NCBI GenBank assembly: GCA_965209055.1 | Contig: OZ242374.1 | Location: 5,344,001-5,408,000, forward strand | DNA length: 64,000 bases | Direction: 5' to 3' | Source of the DNA: Acidobacteriota bacterium | GTDB taxonomy: Bacteria > Acidobacteriota > UBA6911 > RPQK01 > JAJDTT01 | In this document: positions 1 through 10,195 of the stretch, in pieces | Layout: the number at the start of each line of letters is the position of its first letter | Position numbering within the stretch: position 1 is the first letter of the stretch | Notes under the pieces: model-generated | Told to the model about the DNA's origin: nothing | What the model saw: only the letters and a program-made list of their open reading frames with translations | Databases searched by the model: none | Made by a program: the position numbers and the translations under genes

Positions 1-2
1 GC

Positions 3-275
3 TATCTCGTGATTTCCGATGGGGAGGAACGGAAGTTCTCGTCAAAAGCAACGGTGCACCTCGCAGCGGGAGAAACCGCCCGAATCGAGACCTGTGGCGG
101 CGGGGGCTACGGTCCTCCCTTGGCCCGTGACGTGGAACTTGTCCTGCGGGATGTCAGGGAGGGCAAGATCAGCCGGCAGCGAGCCAGGAATCGGTACGGC
201 GTTGCGATCGCTCCTGACGGCTCGATTGAACCGGCTGCAACCGACCGGTTGCGTTCGCGTCGCGATTCCCTTTGA
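3..275 (+). CDS. Hydantoinase B/oxoprolinase family protein, C-terminal part (truncated by window edge)
   Basis: Typical C-terminus IETCGGGGYGPP..RDVELVLRDVREGKIS...ARNRYGV; frame open from window start. Confidence 0.85.
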   Translation, partial: YLVISDGEERKFSSKATVHLAAGETARIETCGGGGYGPPLARDVELVLRDVREGKISRQRARNRYGVAIAPDGSIEPAATDRLRSRRDSL

Positions 276-342
276 AGAAGCCGAATAACATTCGAACTGA
301 CCGGATTTTTCGGGAGAATTCCCGATAAGCCTGCCGTTGCAT

Positions 343-2040
343 TCACCGGCTGCCCATCGATTCACCCTCGATGATCGTCAGAATCCGGTCGGCCTTGATT
401 TTTTCCAGGGTTTCCCGTCCACCGCCGGGCCAGACGATCTCGATCCGATCCACCTCCTCGCTCTTCCCCAGCCCGAAGTGCAAACGAAGGTCGTTGTGGG
501 ACAAGTAGTTTCCGCCGCTCCGGATTCGCCGATTCAGGACCCCATCGCCGGTCACGACCTTGACCTTCGCGCCAATCGCGGAACGGTTCCCGGGGCGGCC
601 AACCAGCCGTAGCTGGAGCCATCGTCCACTGTTGCCTCCATTGTTTCGCAAGAGGGTGAGAGTGTCGTCTATGGCCAGGACCGCCAAATCGAGGTCCCCA
701 TCATTGTCATAGTCACAAGCCGCGGCCCCCCGGCTCGATTTGGGAGGCAGCCACGCGAGCCCGGCCGCCCCGGAAACATCCTCGAACCGGAAGGCCCCGG
801 CACCTCGAAACAAGAGATCCTGCTGCTTGTAGTTGAGACTCTCGATTTCCGAAGCCTGCGGATAGAGGTGCCCGTTGGCCATGAAGAGATCCAAGGCACC
901 GTCGTTGTCAAAGTCTCCAAAAATGGTGGCCCAGCCCAGGTAGGGGATTGTGATCTTCCCCAGTTTGGCTTGAAACGATATATCTTCGAAATTGAAGTTC
1001 CCGAAACTTCGAAACAAGGGATAGTAGTCTTCCGAGAACGTCGTCACGAACAAATCGGTGAATCCGTCATTGGCAATGTCTCCCAGGGCCACCCCCATGT
1101 TGGCCTGAGCCCGGCCTTCCCGGTTGTAGGCGACCCCCGCCAGCAGAGCAAGCTCCTGGAACGTCCCATCCTTCCGGTTCTGATAGAGATAATTCTGTCC
1201 GGCGTCGTTGGTAACGAAAAGCTCGGGAAACCCGTCATTGTCCAGGTCCTCGAACACGGCGGAAAACCCGTAACCCAATTGCTTGTCGGCGACGCCGGCC
1301 GCTGCCGTCACCTCACGAAAAGTCCCGTCTCCCAGGTTCCGATAGAGCACATCGGGAGCTCCCTTCAGACCCAAGGGGCCGCACATGACCGGCAGTCCGC
1401 GGTATTTGCAGGACGCTCCCCCGGTCGGGGGATTGTTGAGATCGAAATCGATATACCGGCTGACATAAAGATCGACCCAACCGTCGCGATCATAGTCGCC
1501 AAAGGTCGCTCCAGTGCTCCACCAGTGACCCCCGCCGACGTTGGCGCCGCCGGTCACGTTTGTGAATGTTCCATTGCCATTATTTCGATAAAGAATGTCT
1601 GCTCCGTAATTGGTGACGAACAAGTCGATAAAACCGTCGTTGTCGTAATCGGCGGCCGCCACTCCGTTCCCCAGGCCCGACCCAAGAATTCCCGCTTTTT
1701 GAGTCACCTCGGTAAAGGTTCCGTCCGCGTTGTTTCGGAACAGGGAATTGGGAGCCCTGGAAGCATCCGTCTCACCTTGGAATAGATTCTCCAGCGAGAT
1801 CCCATTGACAATATAAAGGTCCATCCACCCGTCGTTGTCGTAGTCGATCCAGGCACAGCCGCTGCCGTTTCCCTCCACAATGAACTTCTTTTCAATAGTT
1901 CCACAAGTGGTGTTTATATTTAGTCCCGCTGTCTCACTCACGTCTTCGAAAATCACTTGGTAGTCTTGTGAAATCGCTCGAATGCCGGCTCCCGAGAGGA
2001 ACAGAAAACCAGAGAGCAATATGCGGAATAACAAGGCCAT
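343..2040 (-). CDS. CRTAC1-family protein (FG-GAP/VCBS beta-propeller + ASPIC/UnbV domain), secreted
   Basis: Signal peptide; repeated D(Y/F)DNDGxxD Ca-binding motifs; C-terminal NRSAIGAKV...GGNYLSHNDLRLHFGLG. Confidence 0.9.
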   Translation of the reverse strand: MALLFRILLSGFLFLSGAGIRAISQDYQVIFEDVSETAGLNINTTCGTIEKKFIVEGNGSGCAWIDYDNDGWMDLYIVNGISLENLFQGETDASRAPNSLFRNNADGTFTEVTQKAGILGSGLGNGVAAADYDNDGFIDLFVTNYGADILYRNNGNGTFTNVTGGANVGGGHWWSTGATFGDYDRDGWVDLYVSRYIDFDLNNPPTGGASCKYRGLPVMCGPLGLKGAPDVLYRNLGDGTFREVTAAAGVADKQLGYGFSAVFEDLDNDGFPELFVTNDAGQNYLYQNRKDGTFQELALLAGVAYNREGRAQANMGVALGDIANDGFTDLFVTTFSEDYYPLFRSFGNFNFEDISFQAKLGKITIPYLGWATIFGDFDNDGALDLFMANGHLYPQASEIESLNYKQQDLLFRGAGAFRFEDVSGAAGLAWLPPKSSRGAAACDYDNDGDLDLAVLAIDDTLTLLRNNGGNSGRWLQLRLVGRPGNRSAIGAKVKVVTGDGVLNRRIRSGGNYLSHNDLRLHFGLGKSEEVDRIEIVWPGGGRETLEKIKADRILTIIEGESMGSR

Positions 2041-2132
2041 GTCTATATGTATTGGTTCGAATTGCCCTGTTTTACACTCGGCGCCGGTGCCACTTGACCG
2101 GTGGTCGGCTTCATAGTATCAATCTCGTAACC

Positions 2133-5100
2133 TTGTTGCGTCGCGGGTCCTCTCATTTATTTGTTTTTCTGCTTTGCCTTTTCTGGGTCGTGAACTGTGG
2201 GCAGCCGGGCCCGCCCTACACTCCCGCGGAGGCCTTGGCAACCTTCATTGTCGAAAACGGCTTTCGAATCGAAGTCTTCGCCTCCGAACCGATGGTTCTC
2301 GACCCTGTTGCGATGGAAATCGATGAGCATGGCCGCGTGTTTGTCGTCGAGATGCCCGGCTATCCATTGAACACCGGGGCGACCGGGCGCGTGAAACTGC
2401 TGGAAGACACCAACCGGGACGGTTTTCCCGATCGAAGCACGGTATTCGTCGACGGACTCGTGCTTCCCACCGGGGTTCTGAAATGGAAGGACGGTATTCT
2501 GGTTACGGATGCGCCCAATGTCTGGTACTTCGAAGACACGGACGGCGACAACCGTGCCGATCTCCGAAAGGCCGTGCTGACCGGCTTCGCCCTCTCCAAC
2601 CCTCAGCACACGGTCAGCACTCCAGTCTATGGACTGGACAACTGGATCTATCTCGCCAATGAACCGGCGATCAGAACGATTGTCTTCCAAGACAAATTCG
2701 GCGATCCAGGTTCCAAGAAAAGGTTCCCCGACCGCAGCGACGGGCCCCAACTGGACAGTGTCACCGGCAATCTCCGTTTTCGCCCGGACACTTTCGAGCT
2801 GGAGGCCCTTTCCGGCACCTCCCAATTCGGACTGAGCTTCGATCGATGGGGACGCCAATTCCTCGTCACCAACGGCCGGCATATACGCCAGGAGGTCGTT
2901 GCCGCTGCCTACCTGGGGCGAAACCCGTCCTTGCGCGCCGCTTCTCCGGTAGCGGACATTCCAGATCACACCACACGCGTCTATCCCATCACCCATAACC
3001 CCGAGCACCGAATTCTCACGGGTCCGGGCAACTTTACGTCGGCTTGTGGACTTGCGATCTATTTGGGAGGACTCTTCCCCCCTCCATACGATGAAGTCTC
3101 TTTTGTCGCCGAACCGGCCCACAACCTGGTTCACTGCGACGTTCTGAAAGACAACGGGGTCACGCTGCAGGCCAGCCGAAGTGGCGAAGAGACGGAGTTC
3201 CTGGCCTCCACCGACAGTTGGTTCCGACCGGTCAATCTGTATACCGGACCGGACGGAGCTCTCTACGTCGTCGACTATTACCGCCGGATCGTTGAGCACC
3301 CGGAGTGGATGTCCGACGAGTTCCACAGCCAGGACAGCGGACCCCAGGTTCTTTACGAAGGGAGCCGACAAGGCCGAATCTACCGAATCACTCCCGACTC
3401 CGAAGAGCCGGTTCCCTTGGTGCCGGACTTTCCTCTCGGAAGGGCCTCGGATCCGGTCCTGGTCGAATATTTGAACCATCCAAACGTCTGGTGGAGGATG
3501 CACGCCCAGCGGCTGCTCGTTGGCCGTCAGAGCGTAGGTGCCATCGATCGTCTGATCGAGATCGCCACCGGCGGTAGCCGGCCCGATGCGCGAGTGCATG
3601 CTTTGTGGACTCTGGAAGGCCTGGGGAAACTGGACGCCTCTCTCATCCAAAGTGCCCTGGGAGATCCGGTACCAGGGGTCCGAGAGAACGCGGTCCGCCT
3701 GGCTGAGCCGCGATTGGAGGCGTCTCCCGGGCTGGCGGATCGATTGCTGGCAATGACCGGGGATGCTCACCCCAGAGTGCGCTTCCAACTTCTGTGTACG
3801 CTGGGGTGGCTGGACTCGCCCGGCGCCCGCAACGCCCGCCGCCAATTGCTGATGCGGGACATTGACGACGAATGGATGCAAATTGCGGCTCTCAGCGCCG
3901 CCGGCGTCCGGCCGCTCGATCTGTTCGACACTGGCGTGGCCGAATTCGGCGACGAAGCTTCAAAGGAGAGAATCGCTTTCATTCGCCGGATCGCCGCCAT
4001 GGTCGCTGCCGATCCCGACCATTCGGGGGTCAGGCAACTCTTGCGCAAGGTAGCGAATGCCAGGAGACCAGGATCCGATTGGTGGCGTGCGGCCGCTCTG
4101 GAGGGCTTGGCCGAGGGAATCGGGCAAGGCTCGAAGGGCGCCGCGGAGGGGCTTTCGACAAACCAGCTCCTCGACTTGTACCAGGCATCGACCCTGCCGG
4201 TGCAAAGGGCAACGCTCCAATTGCTGGAACTCATTGAGAAACCCCTCAGTCCAGCACCGGAATCCCTCATCACGGACCTCTTGGACAGGATCGAAGATCA
4301 AGCGGCAGACCCTGCATTGAGAGCCGACTCGGTGCGTCTTCTGGCCCTCTTCGGTGTGAACTTGAGATTTGCCCTGCTGAGCTCACTGCTCGATCCGCAG
4401 CAACCGCCAGAGGTGCAGACCGCTGCGGTGCGCGCTTTGGGGCAGATCGAAGGGATCGAGTCTGGCCGATTGTTCATCTCCAAATGGAGGGAACTGACTC
4501 CTCCGGTCCGGCTGGCGGCCACCGTAGCGCTTCTCTCCAGGCCGGAGTTCGTAGAGCTGCTGGTGACCGGGATCGAAAATGAAGAGGTCCCCTTTTGGAC
4601 GATCAATCAAGGCCACAAGATTCGCCTGGTCATGCAGGAGGATGCTGCAATACGGCTCCGCGTCCACGAACTCTTGCGCAAGTTGGAGGGGGAACGACTC
4701 CGAGTTCTGGAACGCTACCGGGCGGCCCTGAGTCTTTCCGGGGATGCATTCCAGGGAGCTCAGATCTTCAAGGACAACTGTGACAAATGCCATCAGATCG
4801 ACGGCGTCGGTGGCCGCTTCGGCCCCGATCTCGGGACGGTGCGGCATCGGTCGCGGGAGGAGTTGCTCACCAACATCATGTTGCCCAGCCAATCGATCTC
4901 AGACAATTACGAGCTCTATGTAGTCGAGTTGAACAATCGGGTTCTCCAAGAGGGAGTCGTCGGCTCGCAGACACCTGTGTCCGTGACCTTGCTGCGCGAA
5001 GACGGCACCGAGACCGTGATTGCCAGAGAAAATATTCGCCGAATGTACTCGTCGGCCGTGTCGGGAATGCCGGAAGGCCTCGAGGAGGAGATCAGCGTCC

Positions 5101-5159
5101 GGGAAATGGCTCATCTGTTGAGTTTTCTGACCACCTCGTCCGTTCCACCGATTCAATAG
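2133..5159 (+). CDS. PVC-type membrane-bound dehydrogenase-like protein (beta-propeller + HEAT repeats + cytochrome c)
   Basis: N-terminal FASEPMVLDPVAMEIDEHG propeller, WFRPVN..GPDGALYVVDYYR, HEAT repeats, CDKCH heme motif plus GPDL and SGMPEGLE. Start is uncertain (TTG 2133/2136 precedes a lipoprotein-like signal ..VVNC); the ORF-track start at 1968 overlaps the divergent gene. Confidence 0.85.
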   Translation: MLRRGSSHLFVFLLCLFWVVNCGQPGPPYTPAEALATFIVENGFRIEVFASEPMVLDPVAMEIDEHGRVFVVEMPGYPLNTGATGRVKLLEDTNRDGFPDRSTVFVDGLVLPTGVLKWKDGILVTDAPNVWYFEDTDGDNRADLRKAVLTGFALSNPQHTVSTPVYGLDNWIYLANEPAIRTIVFQDKFGDPGSKKRFPDRSDGPQLDSVTGNLRFRPDTFELEALSGTSQFGLSFDRWGRQFLVTNGRHIRQEVVAAAYLGRNPSLRAASPVADIPDHTTRVYPITHNPEHRILTGPGNFTSACGLAIYLGGLFPPPYDEVSFVAEPAHNLVHCDVLKDNGVTLQASRSGEETEFLASTDSWFRPVNLYTGPDGALYVVDYYRRIVEHPEWMSDEFHSQDSGPQVLYEGSRQGRIYRITPDSEEPVPLVPDFPLGRASDPVLVEYLNHPNVWWRMHAQRLLVGRQSVGAIDRLIEIATGGSRPDARVHALWTLEGLGKLDASLIQSALGDPVPGVRENAVRLAEPRLEASPGLADRLLAMTGDAHPRVRFQLLCTLGWLDSPGARNARRQLLMRDIDDEWMQIAALSAAGVRPLDLFDTGVAEFGDEASKERIAFIRRIAAMVAADPDHSGVRQLLRKVANARRPGSDWWRAAALEGLAEGIGQGSKGAAEGLSTNQLLDLYQASTLPVQRATLQLLELIEKPLSPAPESLITDLLDRIEDQAADPALRADSVRLLALFGVNLRFALLSSLLDPQQPPEVQTAAVRALGQIEGIESGRLFISKWRELTPPVRLAATVALLSRPEFVELLVTGIENEEVPFWTINQGHKIRLVMQEDAAIRLRVHELLRKLEGERLRVLERYRAALSLSGDAFQGAQIFKDNCDKCHQIDGVGGRFGPDLGTVRHRSREELLTNIMLPSQSISDNYELYVVELNNRVLQEGVVGSQTPVSVTLLREDGTETVIARENIRRMYSSAVSGMPEGLEEEISVREMAHLLSFLTTSSVPPIQ

Positions 5160-5248
5160 TCCCCAACTGGAAGCCTGGTTCAGGATCTGCTTCCATGTGG
5201 CCGGGGAAGACCCTCCGCAACTCGGGAAGGATGCATGAGGATCGTTCA

Positions 5249-6871
5249 ATGCCAAGTGTAAGACCGTCTGGACGCATCAGAAGACCCTCGGTGGATGAAA
5301 TACGGACTCTGGCCGCCAGGGAATACATCGACCTTTCCCCACAGGAGGCTGCCGACCTCGGGTCCCTTCTGAATGGAATGCTTGTGGACGTGGAGCGCCT
5401 CCAAGATCTGCGTGTCTCCGGATTGAAGGTCAAATACGAGGATCGGGACCCAGGCTACCGGCCGTCACCGGAGGAGGATCCCTGCAACGCCTTCATTCGA
5501 AAATGCCGCGTGAAGGGTGCGCCTACCGGGAAGCTGGCCGGTAAGACTGTCGGACTCAAAGACAACATCAGGGTGGCCGCCGTTCCCATGACCAACGGCT
5601 CGCGCCTCCTTGCCGAGTACGTCCCCGGCGTCGACGCCACGGTGACCGAGCGCCTTCTGGATGCCGGCGCGACCATCGTCGGCAAGTTGAACATGGATAG
5701 TTTCGGCATGGGCGGCACCAACGAAACCAGCGACTTCGGCCCGGTCCGCAACCCCCACAACATCGAGTGTTCCGCCGGCGGGTCATCGGGCGGCAGCGGG
5801 GCGGCGCTGGCGGCCGGCGAGGTCGATCTCGCCTTGGGCGTCGACGAGGGAGGCAGCGCGCGCATCCCGGCATCCTGGTGCGGAGTCGTCAGCATCAAGC
5901 CCACGCATGGCTTGGTTCCGGCCTTCGGCCTTTCCTATCTCGACCACACCCTGGACGAGGTCTGCCCCATGGCCAGATCGGTGCGGGATGTGGCGCTGAC
6001 CCTGGAAGCCATAGCGGGAGAGGATCCCAGAGACCCGCAGTGGGTTCGGGGACCCATACAGGTCGAGAACTACAGCAAGGCTCTCCAGGAGGACGTCTCC
6101 GGTCTCCGGCTGGGAGTCATCAAAGAGTCCATGGATTGGAATCAGTCGGAGTCTGATGTCGGCCGAGCGGTCTGGGAAGCCGCCGGAAAGCTGCGAGCCC
6201 GCGGCGCCTCCGTGGAAGAGGTCTCCATTCCCTGGTGGAAGAACGCCTGGCCGGTTCTGCTGTCCATCATCGGGCATTCGCTGGCGGCCATGGTCGAGTC
6301 GGACCTGGAAGGCTACTGGCGGGGGGGCATGTGCGACCCGGATTGGCAGGAGGCTTTCGGCAGGGCCCGCAGAGCCGGCAGCGACGGATTCCCTCCCCTG
6401 CTCAAAGTCTGGATGGTCATGGGCAAATATCTCAGGCGCGAGTATTGCAGCGTCTATTTTTCCAGGGCCCAGAACCTGAGACTCGCCATGACGCAGAATC
6501 TGGACGAGATGTTCGAAGCGTACGATGTCCTGGTCACTCCCACTACTCCCCTGAAGGCCATCAAGTTGACTCCGTCAAGCCGGGCCGGGTCCTGGGAAGG
6601 GAGAGGTTCGATTGAAATGAACCGCAACACCTGCCCTCTCAACGTCACGGGCTTTCCCGCTATGTCGGTTCCCTGTGGATTTGGTGACAATGGCCTGCCG
6701 ATCGGAATGCAGCTCATCGGCCGGCGTTTTCGCGAGAGCCTGCTCTTTCAGGTGGCATCCCAGGTTGAGCGGGAGGCCTCTCCATCCTTGCACCAACCAA
6801 CAGCGCAAGCACCGTCGCCGCCGTCCCCGGGATACAGGGATGCCAGTGCCAGACGTAGGCGATCCCCTTGA
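5249..6871 (+). CDS. Amidase signature family enzyme
   Basis: GLKDNI (catalytic Lys), GGSSGGS, DEGGSARIPASWCG; ATG 5249 follows GAGGA. Confidence 0.9.
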   Translation: MPSVRPSGRIRRPSVDEIRTLAAREYIDLSPQEAADLGSLLNGMLVDVERLQDLRVSGLKVKYEDRDPGYRPSPEEDPCNAFIRKCRVKGAPTGKLAGKTVGLKDNIRVAAVPMTNGSRLLAEYVPGVDATVTERLLDAGATIVGKLNMDSFGMGGTNETSDFGPVRNPHNIECSAGGSSGGSGAALAAGEVDLALGVDEGGSARIPASWCGVVSIKPTHGLVPAFGLSYLDHTLDEVCPMARSVRDVALTLEAIAGEDPRDPQWVRGPIQVENYSKALQEDVSGLRLGVIKESMDWNQSESDVGRAVWEAAGKLRARGASVEEVSIPWWKNAWPVLLSIIGHSLAAMVESDLEGYWRGGMCDPDWQEAFGRARRAGSDGFPPLLKVWMVMGKYLRREYCSVYFSRAQNLRLAMTQNLDEMFEAYDVLVTPTTPLKAIKLTPSSRAGSWEGRGSIEMNRNTCPLNVTGFPAMSVPCGFGDNGLPIGMQLIGRRFRESLLFQVASQVEREASPSLHQPTAQAPSPPSPGYRDASARRRRSP

Positions 6872-8171
6872 TCTCGGCGGCGCTCTGCTGGCCCAACCAG
6901 GTGAACAGAATGGTCACACTCGCCCCGGCGACCATGGCGAAAAGCACCGTCGCGGGCATTCGCCGCAGCGGCCGGTGGAAGATCAGGCCGACCAGGACGG
7001 GAGCAAGCGCCGAACCCAGAACCCGCTGGCCCACCAGGAAGACTTCGAGGGTCATGGGCAGGGCATAGGCGAACAGGCCCCCCAGGATCGCGCTTCCCGC
7101 CACCGCGACGCGCGCCGCGGTCACCATTTCGCCCTGGGTTGCGGCCGGCTTGATATGGCGTTGGTACAGGTCGACGGTCAGGTAGGAGGCCACCGACATC
7201 AGGGCGCTGTCCAGCGTGGACATGGCGCCGGCGATGGCGCCGGCGAGCACGAAGCTCACCAGCAGGACGGGCAGTCCCTCCGACATGAGACGGAAGAAGA
7301 CGTGGTTGGGCTCGGCTCCAACACCGAAGGAGGCGCGGCCCAAGAGGCCCAAAGCGTGGGGAAGGATGTAGAAGAAGGTGCACAGAATGCCGCCGTACAA
7401 GAAGCCAAGCTGCGCCTCCCGGGTGCTCCTGGCCGACAAACCACGGACGAACAGCGCATGGTAGACCATTGCGATCACGATTCCCTCCACGACCCAGCCG
7501 GCAATCGTTCCGAATTCAAGCGTCCCGGTGAATGAGACCATCTCTGCAGGAAGCCGCCCCGTGAACCCGGTCCATCCACCCAGCTTTGTCACTCCGATGA
7601 CGAAGATCAAAATGCCCGTTGCCGTCAGCATCACGGCCTGGATGGAGTCGGTCCAAAGCACCGCCCACTGACCACCCAGCAAGACGTAGACGATGGTGAC
7701 CCCCAGGACCATCATCAGCGCGGGAACGAAACCGATACCCAGAAAGAAAGAAATCAGGATCACGCTGGCCAGAATGGTCCCCGCAATCGCGCCCATGTCC
7801 CCGATAAACACCAGGATCAACGTCACCAGCTTGTGCCGGGCGCCGAAGAGCCTGTCGATCAGTTGAGGCACGGTCAGGACACCGGTGCGCCGAACCTTTG
7901 GGATGATGTAGAGGCCCAGCCAGGCGGTGGCCCCCATGTAGGAGAAATGGATCCAATAGAAAGAGATGCCGAGGTCGTAGGCGCCGCCCGTGCCGCCGAC
8001 GAAGGTGCCGACACCGACCCAGGTGGCCAGAATGGAGAGGCTGATCATCCACCGGTTCGCCCTCCGGCCCGCGACCAGGAAATCCTCCACGCCCCGGATC
8101 CTTCTGGACAGGACAGCCCCGAGAACCATGAGGCCTGCGATGTAGAGGAGAACGAGAGACCAGAGAAGCAT
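6714..8171 (-). CDS. Sodium:solute symporter (SSS) family transporter
   Basis: EDFLVAGRR, ATWVG, YVLLGGQWAVLWTD, AGAMSTLDS motifs; many hydrophobic helices. Confidence 0.9.
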   Translation of the reverse strand: MLLWSLVLLYIAGLMVLGAVLSRRIRGVEDFLVAGRRANRWMISLSILATWVGVGTFVGGTGGAYDLGISFYWIHFSYMGATAWLGLYIIPKVRRTGVLTVPQLIDRLFGARHKLVTLILVFIGDMGAIAGTILASVILISFFLGIGFVPALMMVLGVTIVYVLLGGQWAVLWTDSIQAVMLTATGILIFVIGVTKLGGWTGFTGRLPAEMVSFTGTLEFGTIAGWVVEGIVIAMVYHALFVRGLSARSTREAQLGFLYGGILCTFFYILPHALGLLGRASFGVGAEPNHVFFRLMSEGLPVLLVSFVLAGAIAGAMSTLDSALMSVASYLTVDLYQRHIKPAATQGEMVTAARVAVAGSAILGGLFAYALPMTLEVFLVGQRVLGSALAPVLVGLIFHRPLRRMPATVLFAMVAGASVTILFTWLGQQSAAEIKGIAYVWHWHPCIPGTAATVLALLVGARMERPPAQPGMPPERAGSRENAGR

Positions 8172-8198
8172 TTCAGTTGCTACCGGCGTGATTTCCGG

Positions 8199-8366
8199 TC
8201 ACCCGCCGAGGGCCTTCGAAACCAGGAAGAGCCACGCCAGACCCAGCAGTTGCAGGACCAGGAGCGTGAGGATGGGGTTCAGGCGCGGGACCCGAGCCTG
8301 GTCCAGGGCCTTCATCAGTTCCTCGGGGCCTGAGCCACTTTGAAGGTCGTTGTCAGTCGACTTCAC
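8199..8366 (-). CDS. Small (55 aa) single-helix membrane protein upstream of the SSS gene (absent from ORF track)
   Basis: GGAGGA RBS 4 nt before GTG; MKSTDNDLQSGSGPEELMKALDQARVPRLNPILTLLVLQLLGLAWLFLVSKALGG*; ends 27 nt before the SSS start. Confidence 0.7.
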   Translation of the reverse strand: MKSTDNDLQSGSGPEELMKALDQARVPRLNPILTLLVLQLLGLAWLFLVSKALGG

Positions 8367-8488
8367 AGTATCCTCCCGGACGCTTCCGCAGCGGGCTCTG
8401 AACGTTCCGCCGGATTGTACATTGGATCTTCCGGCGAATGCCGGAGGTTGCGAAGGGTCGAAAGCTGGAACGGGGCGAGGTTCTCGAA

Positions 8489-10135
8489 CTAACCTGAGCT
8501 GGCCTGGGGGCTCTTCACGACTTCAAACGATTCTTCCGCGGTCACCTTCTCGTCGCTGATGCGATCCTGAACCAGGACTTGGACGCGGTACTTTCCGGCC
8601 TTCAGGTGTCTCAGAGGCAACCCTTTGATCAGCACCACTCGCCGAGGGGAAAAAAACTGGATCGATTGTCCATTCTGATCCAGAGTTTCCGTAAAGACCT
8701 CGCCGTTTTGCGAAGAGATCTTGTAACTGATCTCGAGTGAGGGCGTCTCGTCTGTCTGATCCAGCGCCGCATTGTAGACCTGCAGGTAAACTCCCAGACG
8801 ACCGTCACTGGTGAATACTCTCTTCAGGCTGGGATGAATCCAGACGTCTCCCAGTACGAACATCTGGTCGTCCTTGGGGATTTCGCCGAGCTGCCGTATA
8901 AATTGGGACAGAATCAACGAACTTCCGACGAGCTTCTCTTTTGGAAAGGACGGCGAGATGATGGCCCGGCGGACGGCGCCGACCTTCGTGCCCCGGAGAT
9001 CCTTGACCACCAGATCGATCTTGTAGCGCATCCTGGGGTCCAGTATGAGGTGCTTCTGATACAGGGAATGCGTTTGAAGGGCCTGCTGAAAGACTTCCGG
9101 CGGGTAGGAAATGATCAGGTCGTTTTCAAACTCCGCGACAACCTGGTTGGTAATACTGGTGACCAGACCATAGACCGCCACCTCTGCAACGTATCCGCCC
9201 TCTTCCTGCTTGAAGGTCAGGTTCTTGTTCTCCACCTGAATCGTGACCGGAACCAGAACCTTTTGTTGGTTCAGTCTAAAGTAGTCCTGACGAGTCTCCA
9301 GGGGAAGCGTCTCGTAGGAGATACCGACCTTCACCAGTTCCTGAAGATCCTTGTATTTGATCTGCAAGGGCCGTTGCACCCTCGCGTACGTCTCGTACCG
9401 GACGAAAGGGTTGTCCTTGGCACGCTGGTTCATGAAGGGATAGCGCTGCGAATTCCCGGGAGTGAAGTAGGGTCGATCCTTCTTGGTGGCCAACCGCATC
9501 TGTTCGGCGACGGTCTTTCCGGCTCCGGGGACACGCAGAAAAGCGTCCTTTTCGTCCGGGACCATGGTTAGCCGGTATTCGCCCGTGAGGCTGTTGTCGA
9601 CGAACTCCAACTCGACGTCGTTGCCGATCCCCTCAATATGGCGATAGCGCCAGATTTCAAAGGGGAAGGTGCTGGTGGTGCCTCCTCCTTCATAAAAGGG
9701 GCGCTGGTAGACTCCGCCCGACGGATAACGTTCAATCTCGGCGGGTGGACCGTGGATGATGTAGATACGGCCCCGGTCTACTTTCCACCCCGGTATGCCA
9801 CTTGAGAAATTGTCGTTGGCATAGGCGATTCGGCGATAATGTTCTTCCTTGAACTCATTCACGGCCGTGATCCGGTCCGGGTCGCGCCGCAGCCAGAACT
9901 GTTCAATAAATTGTTCTTTTTCCTCCGGGGTCGTCAGCTTCTCGAAAACCGTCCTCTCTTCTTCCAGGATGATGTGAACGACATCCTCGTTCAGCCACCG
10001 CTCGAAATGGTCTTGCCGCTCTTCACGCGCTTGCCTTTCCTGCTCTTTCTTGCTCTGAACAGGCACCAGGCCAACTGAAAATCCAAGAGACAGCAGGGAG
10101 TGGGCCACCAACGCTGCCAAGCAGATAACTCTCAT
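8489..10135 (-). CDS. GWxTD domain-containing protein (GWKVD variant)
   Basis: Signal peptide; WLNEDVVHII, FIEQFWLRRDP, EHYRRIAYAN, GWKVDRGRIYIIHGPP; Ig-like C-terminal region. Confidence 0.9.
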   Translation of the reverse strand: MRVICLAALVAHSLLSLGFSVGLVPVQSKKEQERQAREERQDHFERWLNEDVVHIILEEERTVFEKLTTPEEKEQFIEQFWLRRDPDRITAVNEFKEEHYRRIAYANDNFSSGIPGWKVDRGRIYIIHGPPAEIERYPSGGVYQRPFYEGGGTTSTFPFEIWRYRHIEGIGNDVELEFVDNSLTGEYRLTMVPDEKDAFLRVPGAGKTVAEQMRLATKKDRPYFTPGNSQRYPFMNQRAKDNPFVRYETYARVQRPLQIKYKDLQELVKVGISYETLPLETRQDYFRLNQQKVLVPVTIQVENKNLTFKQEEGGYVAEVAVYGLVTSITNQVVAEFENDLIISYPPEVFQQALQTHSLYQKHLILDPRMRYKIDLVVKDLRGTKVGAVRRAIISPSFPKEKLVGSSLILSQFIRQLGEIPKDDQMFVLGDVWIHPSLKRVFTSDGRLGVYLQVYNAALDQTDETPSLEISYKISSQNGEVFTETLDQNGQSIQFFSPRRVVLIKGLPLRHLKAGKYRVQVLVQDRISDEKVTAEESFEVVKSPQASSG

Positions 10136-10167
10136 GGAAGAAACGACTTAGAGTCTGATTGAATGTA

Positions 10168-10195
10168 ATTTTACCACTATTCACCGGGCTGTCAA
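10168..10195 (-). promoter_or_regulatory. sigma70-type promoter for the GWxTD gene
   Basis: Minus strand TTGACA-16 nt-TAAAAT with extended TGn motif. Confidence 0.6.

Noticed and set aside
2157-3881. 574-aa minus-strand ORF (similarly 868-1785, 26603-27775, 33677-34816, 42303-43538)
   Set aside because: Antisense to well-supported genes; composition typical of shadow frames.
4787-5248. N-terminal extensions in the ORF track (amidase from 4787, xerD from 32492, amidohydrolase from 14985, yefM from 35489, sulfite oxidase from 52280)
   Set aside because: They overlap neighbouring genes or regulatory DNA; family homology starts at the downstream starts used above.
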